From Candidatus Levyibacteriota bacterium (lineage in GTDB: Bacteria > Patescibacteriota > Microgenomatia > Levybacterales > UBA12049): DNA of 64,000 bases. The DNA lies in NCBI GenBank assembly GCA_963790825.1, contig CAWBPM010000002.1, forward strand, positions 231,159 to 295,158. The letters run 5' to 3'. This document shows positions 47,412 to 56,493 of this stretch, in pieces (the first letter of the stretch is position 1; the number at the start of each line of letters is the position of its first letter). A program made the translations under genes and the position numbers. Below the pieces are notes generated by a model. It was not told the origin of the DNA, searched no databases, and saw nothing but the letters and a program-made list of their open reading frames with translations.

Positions 47412-48083
47412 TTATTTCTCAGCTGCGTGGAAGAATTTAACTTTCGCATGCACATCTTTCCAGGTCTTACAGGGATAGACTTGAATATCTCTCCTCTCTG
47501 TTTCTTCATTGTCGTAGAGATATACTGTTCCTTTATAATCGGCCGGCAGGTATTTAACAAGTAGCGGGTTATCATCAACAATACCCTTAACTTCCGGATA
47601 AAGATAATAAAGTACTCCTGCTTTCCATTCATTTCCATCTATGTATTTTATTCTATCAGGCTTAGCAATAATTTCTCCTTCGGGAAACTTGTGTCTTCGA
47701 AGCCAATTCTTTGTACCCGGAATAACATCCGTTGGTCGTACTGTAATGTAGCCCACAATTGGAACTATCTCACTGATTCTTTTAACGCTGCTTTGTGCAT
47801 TCTCAACCAGAGGTAATTGTTCCTGTAGCTCATTTGAATGAGTAGATTCTATCACCCATTGAATTACTTCTTCAGTTTGCCAATATGGAACATGCCGGGT
47901 GTAGCGATACTTTTTTATTAAGTCTCTGACAGACAAATTCTCAGGATTACCGAATCTATGCTGCATTTCCTTAACCCAATACCCAATAGTCCAGGAAAGG
48001 GTTTCGTCAATATCCAAAACAAGTCCGCTTCTATTCTCCAGTTGTAATTTTCTTTTAAATGCTACTACTTCCTGTTCCGCCAT
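47412..48083 (-). CDS. HAD-superfamily 5'(3')-nucleotidase-like protein
   Basis: LDIDETL, YITVRP, WL..HKFP, IVDD. Confidence 0.75.
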   Translation of the reverse strand: MAEQEVVAFKRKLQLENRSGLVLDIDETLSWTIGYWVKEMQHRFGNPENLSVRDLIKKYRYTRHVPYWQTEEVIQWVIESTHSNELQEQLPLVENAQSSVKRISEIVPIVGYITVRPTDVIPGTKNWLRRHKFPEGEIIAKPDRIKYIDGNEWKAGVLYYLYPEVKGIVDDNPLLVKYLPADYKGTVYLYDNEETERRDIQVYPCKTWKDVHAKVKFFHAAEK

Positions 48084-48113
48084 AGTGGGATTATAGCAAA
48101 AAAATAAGGGGTT

Positions 48114-49703
48114 TTAGTGCCAGAATTTTCGCTCTCCGGTCATAACCATCGCTATTCCTGCGTCGTTGGCAGCTTTAATAGAATCTTTATCATTAATCGA
48201 GCCTCCCTGTTGGACAATTGCGGAAATTCCATGTTCCTCGGCTAATTTTACTGAATCATCTTTTGGAAAAAAACTATCACTTGCCAAAATTGCATGCTTT
48301 GCATGTTTACCCGCTTGTTCAAGTGCAATTCTGGTTGCCCGTACTCGGGAAGTTTGTCCCGTGCCAATACCTCGTGTCATTGGGATATCTTTATCAACCA
48401 CAATAACCGAGTTAGATTTAATTCTGCCGATAAACTTCCAGGCGAGTTGCATTTGTTTTAATTGCTCGGGTGCTGGTTGAACTTCGCCTGCAACTTTCCA
48501 ATTTATAAAGCTTGCTTCAGGATTATCATCCCAGTCTTGTATAATAAATCCGCCATCAATAAATCTTTTATGATTCGGATTTGACCGCTTTTTAGGAATT
48601 TCTCCGAAGGTATAGACACCGGTAGATCTGCGAACCTGTCTGATAAAATCTCTTGCTTCGTCTGTGATATTCGGGGCTGCGACAATATCCATAAGAACTT
48701 TATTTTCTGCATTTTCTTTAAACGATGCGAATGTTTTCGCTGTTTCCAGATCAAGCGGTTTATTTAAAACGACTATTCCGCCGAAAGCCGACTCGGGATC
48801 CGCTTCTACCGCGCGCGTCAATGACTGGGCAAGAGTATCACCTAACGCAATACCGGAAGGACTGTTATGTTTGATGACGACAGCTGCCGGCTCCTCAAAC
48901 ATTCTTACCGATTCTATCCCCGCAGCAATATCGGTTACGTTAATAAGCGATAGTTCCCTGCCGGTTAACCGTTTTAGCTTTTTAATTGGAGAATTAGTAT
49001 TAGGTTCCAGATAAACTACTCCTTTTTGCTGCGGATTCTCTCCGTAACGAAGATCAATCGAACGGCGGCCCGGCAGAGCAATTTCTTTGGGAAACTGCTC
49101 ACGATTTAAATACTGGGCTATTTGCGCATCATAAAAAGAAAGGTGACCGAATGCCCGGGCTGCGAGCGCCTGTCTTAATTCACTGCTTAGCGTACCGGTT
49201 TCTAAGGCTTCTGCTACTCTTCCATAGTCATCAGGATCGACAACTACCAAAACATTTTTAAAGTTTTTTGCTGCTGCCCTTACCATGGTCGGACCGCCAA
49301 CATCTATTTGTTCAACTGCTTGATCCATTGTCGCTCCGGGATTCTGTACTGTTTTTTCAAACGGATACAAATTCGCAACTACTACATCTATTGGCTTTAT
49401 GCCCAGTTTTTCAGCTTCCCGTACATGGTTAGGATTTTTTCTGTCATACAAAATACCGCTTTCTATTTGAAAACTGATAGTCTTCATTCTGCCGTCAAAA
49501 CTTTCAGGATTCCCTGTTATGTCTTGAATCGGTATGACAGGTATTCCTTCTTCAGTAAGTGCTTTCGCGGTCCCTCCGGTAGAAATAATTTTATAGCCCG
49601 AAGTATCGATGAGTGATTTGGCAAAGTCGGCAATACCTGATTTATCAGACACACTGAGCAGTGCATATTTTTCCGGTCCTTGTTCAACAGTTTTTCTTGC
49701 CAT
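48114..49703 (-). CDS. purH: Bifunctional AICAR transformylase / IMP cyclohydrolase
   Basis: ALLSVSDKSG, ISTGGT, IDVGGPTMVRAAAKN, LRYGENPQQ, SAFGG, ASDSFFP, QGGSINDK. Confidence 0.97.
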   Translation of the reverse strand: MARKTVEQGPEKYALLSVSDKSGIADFAKSLIDTSGYKIISTGGTAKALTEEGIPVIPIQDITGNPESFDGRMKTISFQIESGILYDRKNPNHVREAEKLGIKPIDVVVANLYPFEKTVQNPGATMDQAVEQIDVGGPTMVRAAAKNFKNVLVVVDPDDYGRVAEALETGTLSSELRQALAARAFGHLSFYDAQIAQYLNREQFPKEIALPGRRSIDLRYGENPQQKGVVYLEPNTNSPIKKLKRLTGRELSLINVTDIAAGIESVRMFEEPAAVVIKHNSPSGIALGDTLAQSLTRAVEADPESAFGGIVVLNKPLDLETAKTFASFKENAENKVLMDIVAAPNITDEARDFIRQVRRSTGVYTFGEIPKKRSNPNHKRFIDGGFIIQDWDDNPEASFINWKVAGEVQPAPEQLKQMQLAWKFIGRIKSNSVIVVDKDIPMTRGIGTGQTSRVRATRIALEQAGKHAKHAILASDSFFPKDDSVKLAEEHGISAIVQQGGSINDKDSIKAANDAGIAMVMTGERKFWH

Positions 49704-49760
49704 GTTTAATTTTTTATATACTTTAAATGTTTTATTTTTATTCTGTTAATTGCTGTTATA

Positions 49761-49791
49761 CAAAAAATGCCGCTATATGAGCAGCACTTCC
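49761..49791 (-). terminator. Intrinsic terminator between the purH promoter and the purH start codon
   Basis: Minus strand AGTGCTGCT-catat-AGCGGCATT-TTTTG; TTGACT-17-TATTCT lies just upstream (49799-49827). Confidence 0.6.
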
Positions 49792-49899
49792 AGCACTAAG
49801 AATAGAGCAAAATGTAATCTTAGTCAAGAGAGAAGTTAGTATTCAGTTACTCGGGTAGTAAACAGATATTTATATTTTTTGTTGTAATCTGTTTAACTG

Positions 49900-50076
49900 T
49901 TACTTTTCTCCCAGCTTTTCATTCACCCACTTTAATTTTTCTTCCAACATCTTCTTTTTCATTTCAAGATGTTCTTTAGACATTGCATGATCTTTGCAAC
50001 AATCCATCTTCATCATTCCATAGCCTTCTTTCCCGCATGCACATTTATCGCAATTCTCACAGCATTTTTGATTCAT
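49900..50076 (-). CDS. 58-aa Cys-rich small protein (below the ORF track cutoff)
   Basis: MNQKCCENCDKCACGKEGYGMMKMDCCKDHAMSKEHLEMKKKMLEEKLKWVNEKLGEK; perfect SD AAGGAGGTGA. Confidence 0.75.
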   Translation of the reverse strand: MNQKCCENCDKCACGKEGYGMMKMDCCKDHAMSKEHLEMKKKMLEEKLKWVNEKLGEK

Positions 50077-50156
50077 TATATATCACCTCCTTCTAGACTA
50101 ATTGTATACTACTATTGTAATAATTAAGCAAGAATAATACTAAGCAGAAACATTCT

Positions 50157-50825
50157 CTATTTATACTCACTAAGCTTTTCCCGCACTACTGTTATACCCC
50201 TATGCATTGCTGCTTTTACAGCCCCCAAGGTAGTTCCTTCCCGGAGTGCGATTTCTGAAATTCTTAGATCATCTCTAAGACGAGCTTTAACAACCTTTCT
50301 TTCTCTTCCCGGCAAAGCATTAATAGCATCACGAAGCACTCGAGTAAGTTCGAGAAATTCTACTCTCGCTTCAGACTCATCAGATGAATTAGGATAATCT
50401 TGTGTCGTTCGCTCACTTTTATATATATCCTTCTGCGAATAGCCCAACTCCATTGCTCTTTCTCGATAATAGGCTGCGCAAACATGGTAAGCAGTTGTAA
50501 AAAGATAAGATGAAAAAGCAGGAACGCTTATTGCTTCAAATCGAGGCATCTTTTTATAAACTCTCTCCCAGGCTGTTTGCGTGGAATCTTCTGCATAATC
50601 AAATGGGACCCTACTTATGCAAAAACGCAGTATCCGCTCATTATACGTTTCATATATTTTTGTGAATGCCTCGTTATCTCCCCGTGTTGCTGCACGTAAA
50701 ACTACTTCTGAGACTCCTTCTTTCTTTCTCTTTTGTAGATTTACCTGCTCGCTTACAGCCAGAGGCGTTGGATTATCTTTAGCAATTATTCCTCCCCAAT
50801 TAGTTATTCTTTCAGCGAACGCCAT
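50157..50825 (-). CDS. ECF-type sigma-70 factor
   Basis: GDNEAF..IY..Y, AEDSTQ..W, LP.RER.V, EIA...G...GAVK...HRG. Confidence 0.85.
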   Translation of the reverse strand: MAFAERITNWGGIIAKDNPTPLAVSEQVNLQKRKKEGVSEVVLRAATRGDNEAFTKIYETYNERILRFCISRVPFDYAEDSTQTAWERVYKKMPRFEAISVPAFSSYLFTTAYHVCAAYYRERAMELGYSQKDIYKSERTTQDYPNSSDESEARVEFLELTRVLRDAINALPGRERKVVKARLRDDLRISEIALREGTTLGAVKAAMHRGITVVREKLSEYK

Positions 50826-50915
50826 GCAAAAATTATAACAAAAATTAAAATCTTGAATACATCTTATCTGATATTAGCTGAATAGATACAAGTAAATCTT
50901 ATAATTCTAACTCTC

Positions 50916-51494
50916 TTGCCGGACGTTTATTATTTTGTTAAAATTGGCCTGGTATATGAAGGTAGAACAATTTCAAGGTGTAAAAATTCGCAACTTACTC
51001 AAACTGAGTCCCATGCTTTTTCAACATTTATATTGGTTGATTGGAGAATAAAAAAACCATTACAACCTTTAACCTCTTCTGCAACAAATCCTCCTGATAC
51101 TAAGCAATATCAGGATTTAAACAGCCGCCTTACAAGAGCAGAGCTAAGCCTTCAGCAGGTAGAAGAGAAGCTAAATAAATTAAATCCTAAATCCGTTGTA
51201 GCACCATCCCGGCCGGATACCTCGATAACACAAGAAGAAGTTATGCAGTTGAGAGATCTTCCTTACGGACATCTAGTGAGACATTTACGAGTAACTGCAG
51301 ATCTTACCCAAAAGGAAATTTCAAAATCATCACAGCTGGATATAGGCTATATTAGTAAAGTCGAAAGCGGAGCGTATCCATCCTCAAAGGCCTCAACCGT
51401 AAAAAAATTAGCTGAAGGACTAGGGTTAGCACAAGATGATCCTAGAACAATTCTTTTGCTGGACAAAGCTAAACAAGCAAGAAAACATAGATAA
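50916..51494 (+). CDS. XRE-family HTH regulator with N-terminal coiled coil (start uncertain)
   Basis: LR...DLTQKEIS......GYISKVESG...S....VKKLAEGLG. Confidence 0.8.
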   Translation: MPDVYYFVKIGLVYEGRTISRCKNSQLTQTESHAFSTFILVDWRIKKPLQPLTSSATNPPDTKQYQDLNSRLTRAELSLQQVEEKLNKLNPKSVVAPSRPDTSITQEEVMQLRDLPYGHLVRHLRVTADLTQKEISKSSQLDIGYISKVESGAYPSSKASTVKKLAEGLGLAQDDPRTILLLDKAKQARKHR

Positions 51495-51532
51495 AATTTT
51501 GTTCCAAAACTAATTTCCTGTATACTAACCAC

Positions 51533-52954
51533 ATGAAAGAGCCTGTTTGGGATAGTAAATCATCCCATAATTTCAATACAAATTTTGACTCCTTCATAGC
51601 TGAAGCACTTTTATCCGAAGGTAGATCGTTTGGGACACTGGAAGAAACAATGTTGCGCTATAAAGTGAAGACGCTTATAAAGCTGGCAGAAAAACAAAAA
51701 GAACGGTTAAAGGAATATCCGAAATTAGTTTCACTTTTTTATGAAATAGAAATGCCACTGACAAAAGTGCTTTTTCTTATGGAGCAAAAAGGTATTCTAC
51801 TCGATACGTTGCAGTTAGCGAAAGTGGGGGAGAATATTGACCATTTACTTGTATCCGTACAAAAACAAATAGATAAAGTAACAGGAGGAGATATTAATAT
51901 TAATTCTTCACTTCAACTTGGCAATTTTCTGGCCGAAAAAGAAGGAGTTCCCTTGGGCAGAACCAAAACAGGGAAGTATGCCACAAATGAAGGAGAACTT
52001 TCAAGGTTTAAAAACCAGTTTCCTATTATTGCTTACCTATTAACCTACCGCGAGCTTATGAAATTGAAATCAACTTATGTCGAAAGTTTGATTCAGAAGG
52101 TTGATAGTTCAGGCAGAATTCATACGACATATAACCAGGTATATGTGAGTACCGGACGCTTGTCTTCCGCGAGTCCCAATCTGCAAAATATTCCTGTTTC
52201 ATCTCCCATCGGGCTTGAGATTAAATCGTGTTTTATCGCTTCACCCGGCTACGTATTGGTTTCTTTTGATTACTCCCAGCAGGAACTTCGCGTTTTAGCA
52301 CATCTGGCACGGGAAAAGGCACTTATTCAGGCATTTAAAGAAAACCTTGATGTGCATACTCTAACGGCAAGTAAGCTATTTCGTGTTCCGTACGAGAAGG
52401 TAAGCAAAGAGCAACGAATGATCGGAAAAACAATTAACTTCGGCATTATTTACGGCATGAGCAGCTTTGGTATGAGTGAGGGTCTGCATATTCCGCAGGA
52501 GGAGGCGGAGCAATTTATTACCGGGTTTTATGAGTCTTATCCACACATAAAGACTTACTACGACAATTATCTGAGAAACGCCCGTATCCAAGGCAGTGCT
52601 GAGACTATGCTGGGAAGAAGAAGATATGTTTTTGAGAATCCGGGGCGTAAGTTTATCGATAATAGTTTGCGTCGGGTTCTGATGAATTATCCGATACAAG
52701 GAACTGCCGCGGAATTGATGAAAAAAGGAATGGTTGATGTAGAGAAAAAAATTCTAAGCAAATATTCTGAAGTTTATTTACTGCTGCAAATCCACGATGA
52801 TTTGCTATTTGAAATTCCCGATAATGAAAAGAGGAAAGAAATTATTAGCGAAATTCAGAAAGTTTTATGTTCCGTATATCCGTTATTGGTTCCGATGGCA
52901 GTTGATATAAAAGTAGGAAAAAGATGGGGAGATTTACAAAAATTTACTAAGTAA
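51533..52954 (+). CDS. polA: DNA polymerase I, polymerase domain only
   Basis: TGRLSS..PNLQNIP, DYSQQELRVLAH, KTINFGIIYG, NYPIQGTAA, LLQIHDDL; no 5'-3' exonuclease domain. Confidence 0.9.
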   Translation: MKEPVWDSKSSHNFNTNFDSFIAEALLSEGRSFGTLEETMLRYKVKTLIKLAEKQKERLKEYPKLVSLFYEIEMPLTKVLFLMEQKGILLDTLQLAKVGENIDHLLVSVQKQIDKVTGGDININSSLQLGNFLAEKEGVPLGRTKTGKYATNEGELSRFKNQFPIIAYLLTYRELMKLKSTYVESLIQKVDSSGRIHTTYNQVYVSTGRLSSASPNLQNIPVSSPIGLEIKSCFIASPGYVLVSFDYSQQELRVLAHLAREKALIQAFKENLDVHTLTASKLFRVPYEKVSKEQRMIGKTINFGIIYGMSSFGMSEGLHIPQEEAEQFITGFYESYPHIKTYYDNYLRNARIQGSAETMLGRRRYVFENPGRKFIDNSLRRVLMNYPIQGTAAELMKKGMVDVEKKILSKYSEVYLLLQIHDDLLFEIPDNEKRKEIISEIQKVLCSVYPLLVPMAVDIKVGKRWGDLQKFTK

Positions 52955-52956
52955 TG

Positions 52957-53178
52957 TTATTTAATAATTTCTAACAGTTTGTTTTTAGATTTTTCACCGG
53001 ATAATAAAATAATGTTTCCTCTTTTTGTCTGAAAATAATCTGCCAAGGATTCAATTACCGCTCTATTTGCCTTTCCCTCAAGTGGTACTTCATGTACATA
53101 GACATGAAGCGTTTCGAGCAAATCTTTTTCTATCCGTGGTTTTTTTGCGTTCGGATGAACAATAACAGAAATCCTCAT
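52957..53178 (-). CDS. DUF167 (YggU-like) protein
   Basis: V.PNAK, P.EGKAN.A.I..LA.YF, I.SG.KS..K. Confidence 0.85.
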   Translation of the reverse strand: MRISVIVHPNAKKPRIEKDLLETLHVYVHEVPLEGKANRAVIESLADYFQTKRGNIILLSGEKSKNKLLEIIK

Positions 53179-53281
53179 GAATAAATTATATCAAGTTACA
53201 TGTTTCTTAGTATATCCTTTCACTGTTCTTACATATAATTTGTTATTATACTCTTGAGATAAAGAGGGGGGGTGAAAATCT

Positions 53282-53452
53282 ATGCCAAATAAATTAAAAA
53301 GGGAGCGCGGGATGGGAAATCCGCCGCCGCCAAAGCCGCCTCCTCCACATGACATACCTCCTCATATTTTGAAGGAATTATTAGATCTGAGAGAAAAAGT
53401 GGGGAAACTGGAGGGAATGATGGAGGTTTTATTAAAACAAAATAAATCCTAA
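53282..53452 (+). CDS. 56-aa proline-rich small protein (below the ORF track cutoff)
   Basis: MPNKLKRERGMGNPPPPKPPPPHDIPPHILKELLDLREKVGKLEGMMEVLLKQNKS; SD-like G-run followed by TGA. Confidence 0.65.
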   Translation: MPNKLKRERGMGNPPPPKPPPPHDIPPHILKELLDLREKVGKLEGMMEVLLKQNKS

Positions 53453-53544
53453 ATAAGAAGTTGATCTATTTTTGCTGAAAAATTCTATATCATCAATCAG
53501 GTAATTAAAATCCAGTCTGTCGAATTCAGTTATTTTTTTATCAT

Positions 53545-55248
53545 TTAGCGTATGGTAATAGGCATATTTTGCTGCATTTGTTCGTAGTAATATAAAGCAG
53601 TATCATTCGGCTGTAAATCATATGCATGTTTGCTAATTTTGAGCGCTTGTTCTTTCTCGCCTAATTGATAGCGGCTAATCCCCAAAATTAACCAGAGTTT
53701 GGCCTGGTTGGGAAATTTTTTAACCGCTTCCAGGGCAAATTTCTCGCAACTGCCGGGAGGTTGTGTGCGCAGATAAAAGGAACCGGCGTTTTCATAAATA
53801 AATGGTGTCGGATCATTGCCGATATTTTGGTAGAGACTTCGGGCATTAACGGCGAGGTCATAATAATATTTCGCTTTTTTTGTGTTACCCAGCCTGTCAT
53901 AGACAACTGCCAGGTTTCCCAGATTAAGATTATATGGAAATATTGCAATGGAAGATCGTAGATACACAGTTCCGGCGCTATAATTACCCGAATCAATAAG
54001 TGCTGAACCGAGAAACTCGTCAAGTTCGAAATTATTTTTTGTCGTATGTATGTCATGACTATAGAGTGTTATTGGATCATGCCAGTCAAGTGTCCGGATC
54101 AGACTTCGTGCTCCGAGAACAATGAGTAGCAAAACTATTATGTAGACTGCTATATTCCCCAAATTTTTTTTATATACAATGTACTGACCGATTATGCCGA
54201 GCATTCCAAGAAGACCGACCAGCGGAAAATAAAACCAGCGGTCGGCAACAGTCATATCCAAAGGTACAATTTGTATATATAACAACATGCCGACAATAAA
54301 CCAGAGAAGGAAAAAGGCGTATGGTTTTGTCTGCTGCATTTTATTTTTATATAAATAATACAAGAATCCAATCATTCCCGCCGCAAACAAAATGTCAATT
54401 ATAAGTGGCAGATAAAATTCTCCGAGTGTTGGCGTTTTGACAATCCAGGTTTGAAAAATTGTTAAGGTTTTGGGGTAGAAAAATGTTTTTATATAATAAA
54501 ACAATATTTGCGGCATTGTAAGTAACCGTTCGCCAAATGTTGCTCTCATAATCGGTAAATAAGAAAGGTTCATGAAATACTGTTTGGCAATAACAAAACG
54601 GATAAATGCGTAAATGCTTGCGGAACCGGCCAGGGCAAGACTAATTTGAAGTAAATATTTTCTCTTATAAAATAGCGTGAATAAAATTGTGGTTGCAAAA
54701 AACAATATGCCGGATTCTTTAGTGAATAACGCGCATAACAAGAGCAGCGAAACCGCAGTAATTATTTTTCCGCTGATTTTTTTATACAGTACTGCCAGAA
54801 GCGCTGACATGCCGAAAAAGAAAAAGAGAATATCACCAATTCCTGAGATATACGATACCGATTCGGTATTGATTGGGTGGATTAAAAAGAACAGCGTTAA
54901 GTAAAATGATAGCTTTTTATTTTTTAACAGATAGATAAAAAAATAATAGACAAGAATACCGTTTATAATATGCAGTATGAGTTGAAGAAAATGAAACACA
55001 AACGGGTTTGCCTGATTAACTGCGTAGGTCATGATCCAGGCGGAAAATAATAATGGTCGGTAATAATGGTTAAAGCGGATTTGGTTTTGCGAGCCGAAGA
55101 AATACTGTGGTATATCCCCTATAGAATGTACCTGCTCATTTTGTACAATCTGCAACTGGTCATCCCAGACAAAGCCATTAAAAAGACTGAAGAAAAAAGT
55201 GATAAAACCAACAACGAACAAAATAGAAACCGCGGTTCTATTGGTCAT
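53545..55248 (-). CDS. GT-C fold membrane glycosyltransferase with TPRs (TMTC-like), paralog of 14716..16524
   Basis: FVWDD, YYRPL, HPINTESVSYISG, KESG, DRWFYFP. Confidence 0.75.
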   Translation of the reverse strand: MTNRTAVSILFVVGFITFFFSLFNGFVWDDQLQIVQNEQVHSIGDIPQYFFGSQNQIRFNHYYRPLLFSAWIMTYAVNQANPFVFHFLQLILHIINGILVYYFFIYLLKNKKLSFYLTLFFLIHPINTESVSYISGIGDILFFFFGMSALLAVLYKKISGKIITAVSLLLLCALFTKESGILFFATTILFTLFYKRKYLLQISLALAGSASIYAFIRFVIAKQYFMNLSYLPIMRATFGERLLTMPQILFYYIKTFFYPKTLTIFQTWIVKTPTLGEFYLPLIIDILFAAGMIGFLYYLYKNKMQQTKPYAFFLLWFIVGMLLYIQIVPLDMTVADRWFYFPLVGLLGMLGIIGQYIVYKKNLGNIAVYIIVLLLIVLGARSLIRTLDWHDPITLYSHDIHTTKNNFELDEFLGSALIDSGNYSAGTVYLRSSIAIFPYNLNLGNLAVVYDRLGNTKKAKYYYDLAVNARSLYQNIGNDPTPFIYENAGSFYLRTQPPGSCEKFALEAVKKFPNQAKLWLILGISRYQLGEKEQALKISKHAYDLQPNDTALYYYEQMQQNMPITIR

Positions 55249-55353
55249 ACATATAGATTAGCAGATTTTGAGCATAAAAAAATTAGTCTTGGGGTTTAGG
55301 ACACGACTTCAGTATTTATAGGGCGATAAGAATTTGAATTTTAAAAATAATCG

Positions 55354-55809
55354 TTATAACAATTCTTCAGGTTTATCGATCATTGCAAAAACAATTTCCC
55401 CCTCGGCTGCCACTTTCCCGTCTTTTACTGCTTTTACTTTACTTTTCCCCACATTCATTTTATAAGAAACAATTTCCGCTTCCAGATTAACTCTGTCTCC
55501 GGGTTTTATCATTTGCCTGTAAACCATTGTATCTCTTCTCAGTACCCCGATCTTATTTTCATCTCCGCTAACTGCAATACCCGAAAGTTCGGCTAAGGTT
55601 TCCATAATAATAGCGCCCGGAACTATTGGAAAAACAGGAAAGTGACCCTTTAAAAATACAAAATCCGGCTGAGATAAATCGGCAAGAATACCGCTTGCTT
55701 TAATTCCCGGTTCAACAATCTCAGCCCTTTCCAAAAACATGAATGGTCTTCTGTGTGGCAGTATTTTTTCTATATCTGCTTGCTGTAGAATTCGTCGTTC
55801 AGGCGGCAT
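55354..55809 (-). CDS. fabZ: 3-hydroxyacyl-ACP dehydratase
   Basis: ILPHRRPFMFL, GHFP..PIVPGAIIME.LAE, PGD. Confidence 0.85.
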   Translation of the reverse strand: MPPERRILQQADIEKILPHRRPFMFLERAEIVEPGIKASGILADLSQPDFVFLKGHFPVFPIVPGAIIMETLAELSGIAVSGDENKIGVLRRDTMVYRQMIKPGDRVNLEAEIVSYKMNVGKSKVKAVKDGKVAAEGEIVFAMIDKPEELL

Positions 55810-55827
55810 TTATATATTATAATCATT

Positions 55828-56334
55828 TTAACTTGCTTCAGGAAATACCTGCAACGTCTTTCTTGGCTGTTCTATTCGATCCAGTTGTCTTTGGAAACTT
55901 GTAAGAATTTCCTCATCTGCTACTAATTCACCGTTTGCTTTTATTCCGGCATTAATTACTATTTTTCTCTCTCTCGCCCACATGGCATCTGTTTTGTCTC
56001 CATTAACTCCATACTTTTTTGAGATATATCTTCTCAGTTGTATGACTCTCTCACGGCTTGACTTTACTTGTATAGCAACCGGGGAAGTGCCGTTTCCAAA
56101 CTTCACTCTGATATCGCAACCATTCAGATCATCCTTGCTGTATTGAGGAACCCTGGCAGCACTTGTTACAATTGGTAATTTACCTATTAACTCTGCAACG
56201 CGTTCTTCGGATGCATTATATCTGTCTGCGCCGTAATTATTTTCCGGACCGGGAGTACAGGAAGCCGCGAGTATTCCCGTATACTTTTTTGTAACCCAAG
56301 TCTTTGGCAAGTTTTTACAACATTCTACGGACAT
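55828..56334 (-). CDS. Hypothetical protein with a PD-(D/E)xK-like nuclease motif
   Basis: SEER...DD..GCDI.V......AIQVKSS. Confidence 0.55.
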   Translation of the reverse strand: MSVECCKNLPKTWVTKKYTGILAASCTPGPENNYGADRYNASEERVAELIGKLPIVTSAARVPQYSKDDLNGCDIRVKFGNGTSPVAIQVKSSRERVIQLRRYISKKYGVNGDKTDAMWARERKIVINAGIKANGELVADEEILTSFQRQLDRIEQPRKTLQVFPEAS

Positions 56335-56493
56335 TATTTTATGTCATATTTAGTATTGACGGGTTTTTACACCTCGTCAATAAGACAATATGCATCAATA
56401 CTTTTATAGGCCCCACTGACATGAATAAAATATATTTATAAACTTGATCTTTAGCCTTATTTGATGTAGAATACTAAACACTGTTAATAAACT

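Noticed and set aside
47264-47638. 124-aa alternative-frame ORF, and the many other antisense or nested ORFs in the track
   Set aside because: They overlap well-supported genes and carry no motifs
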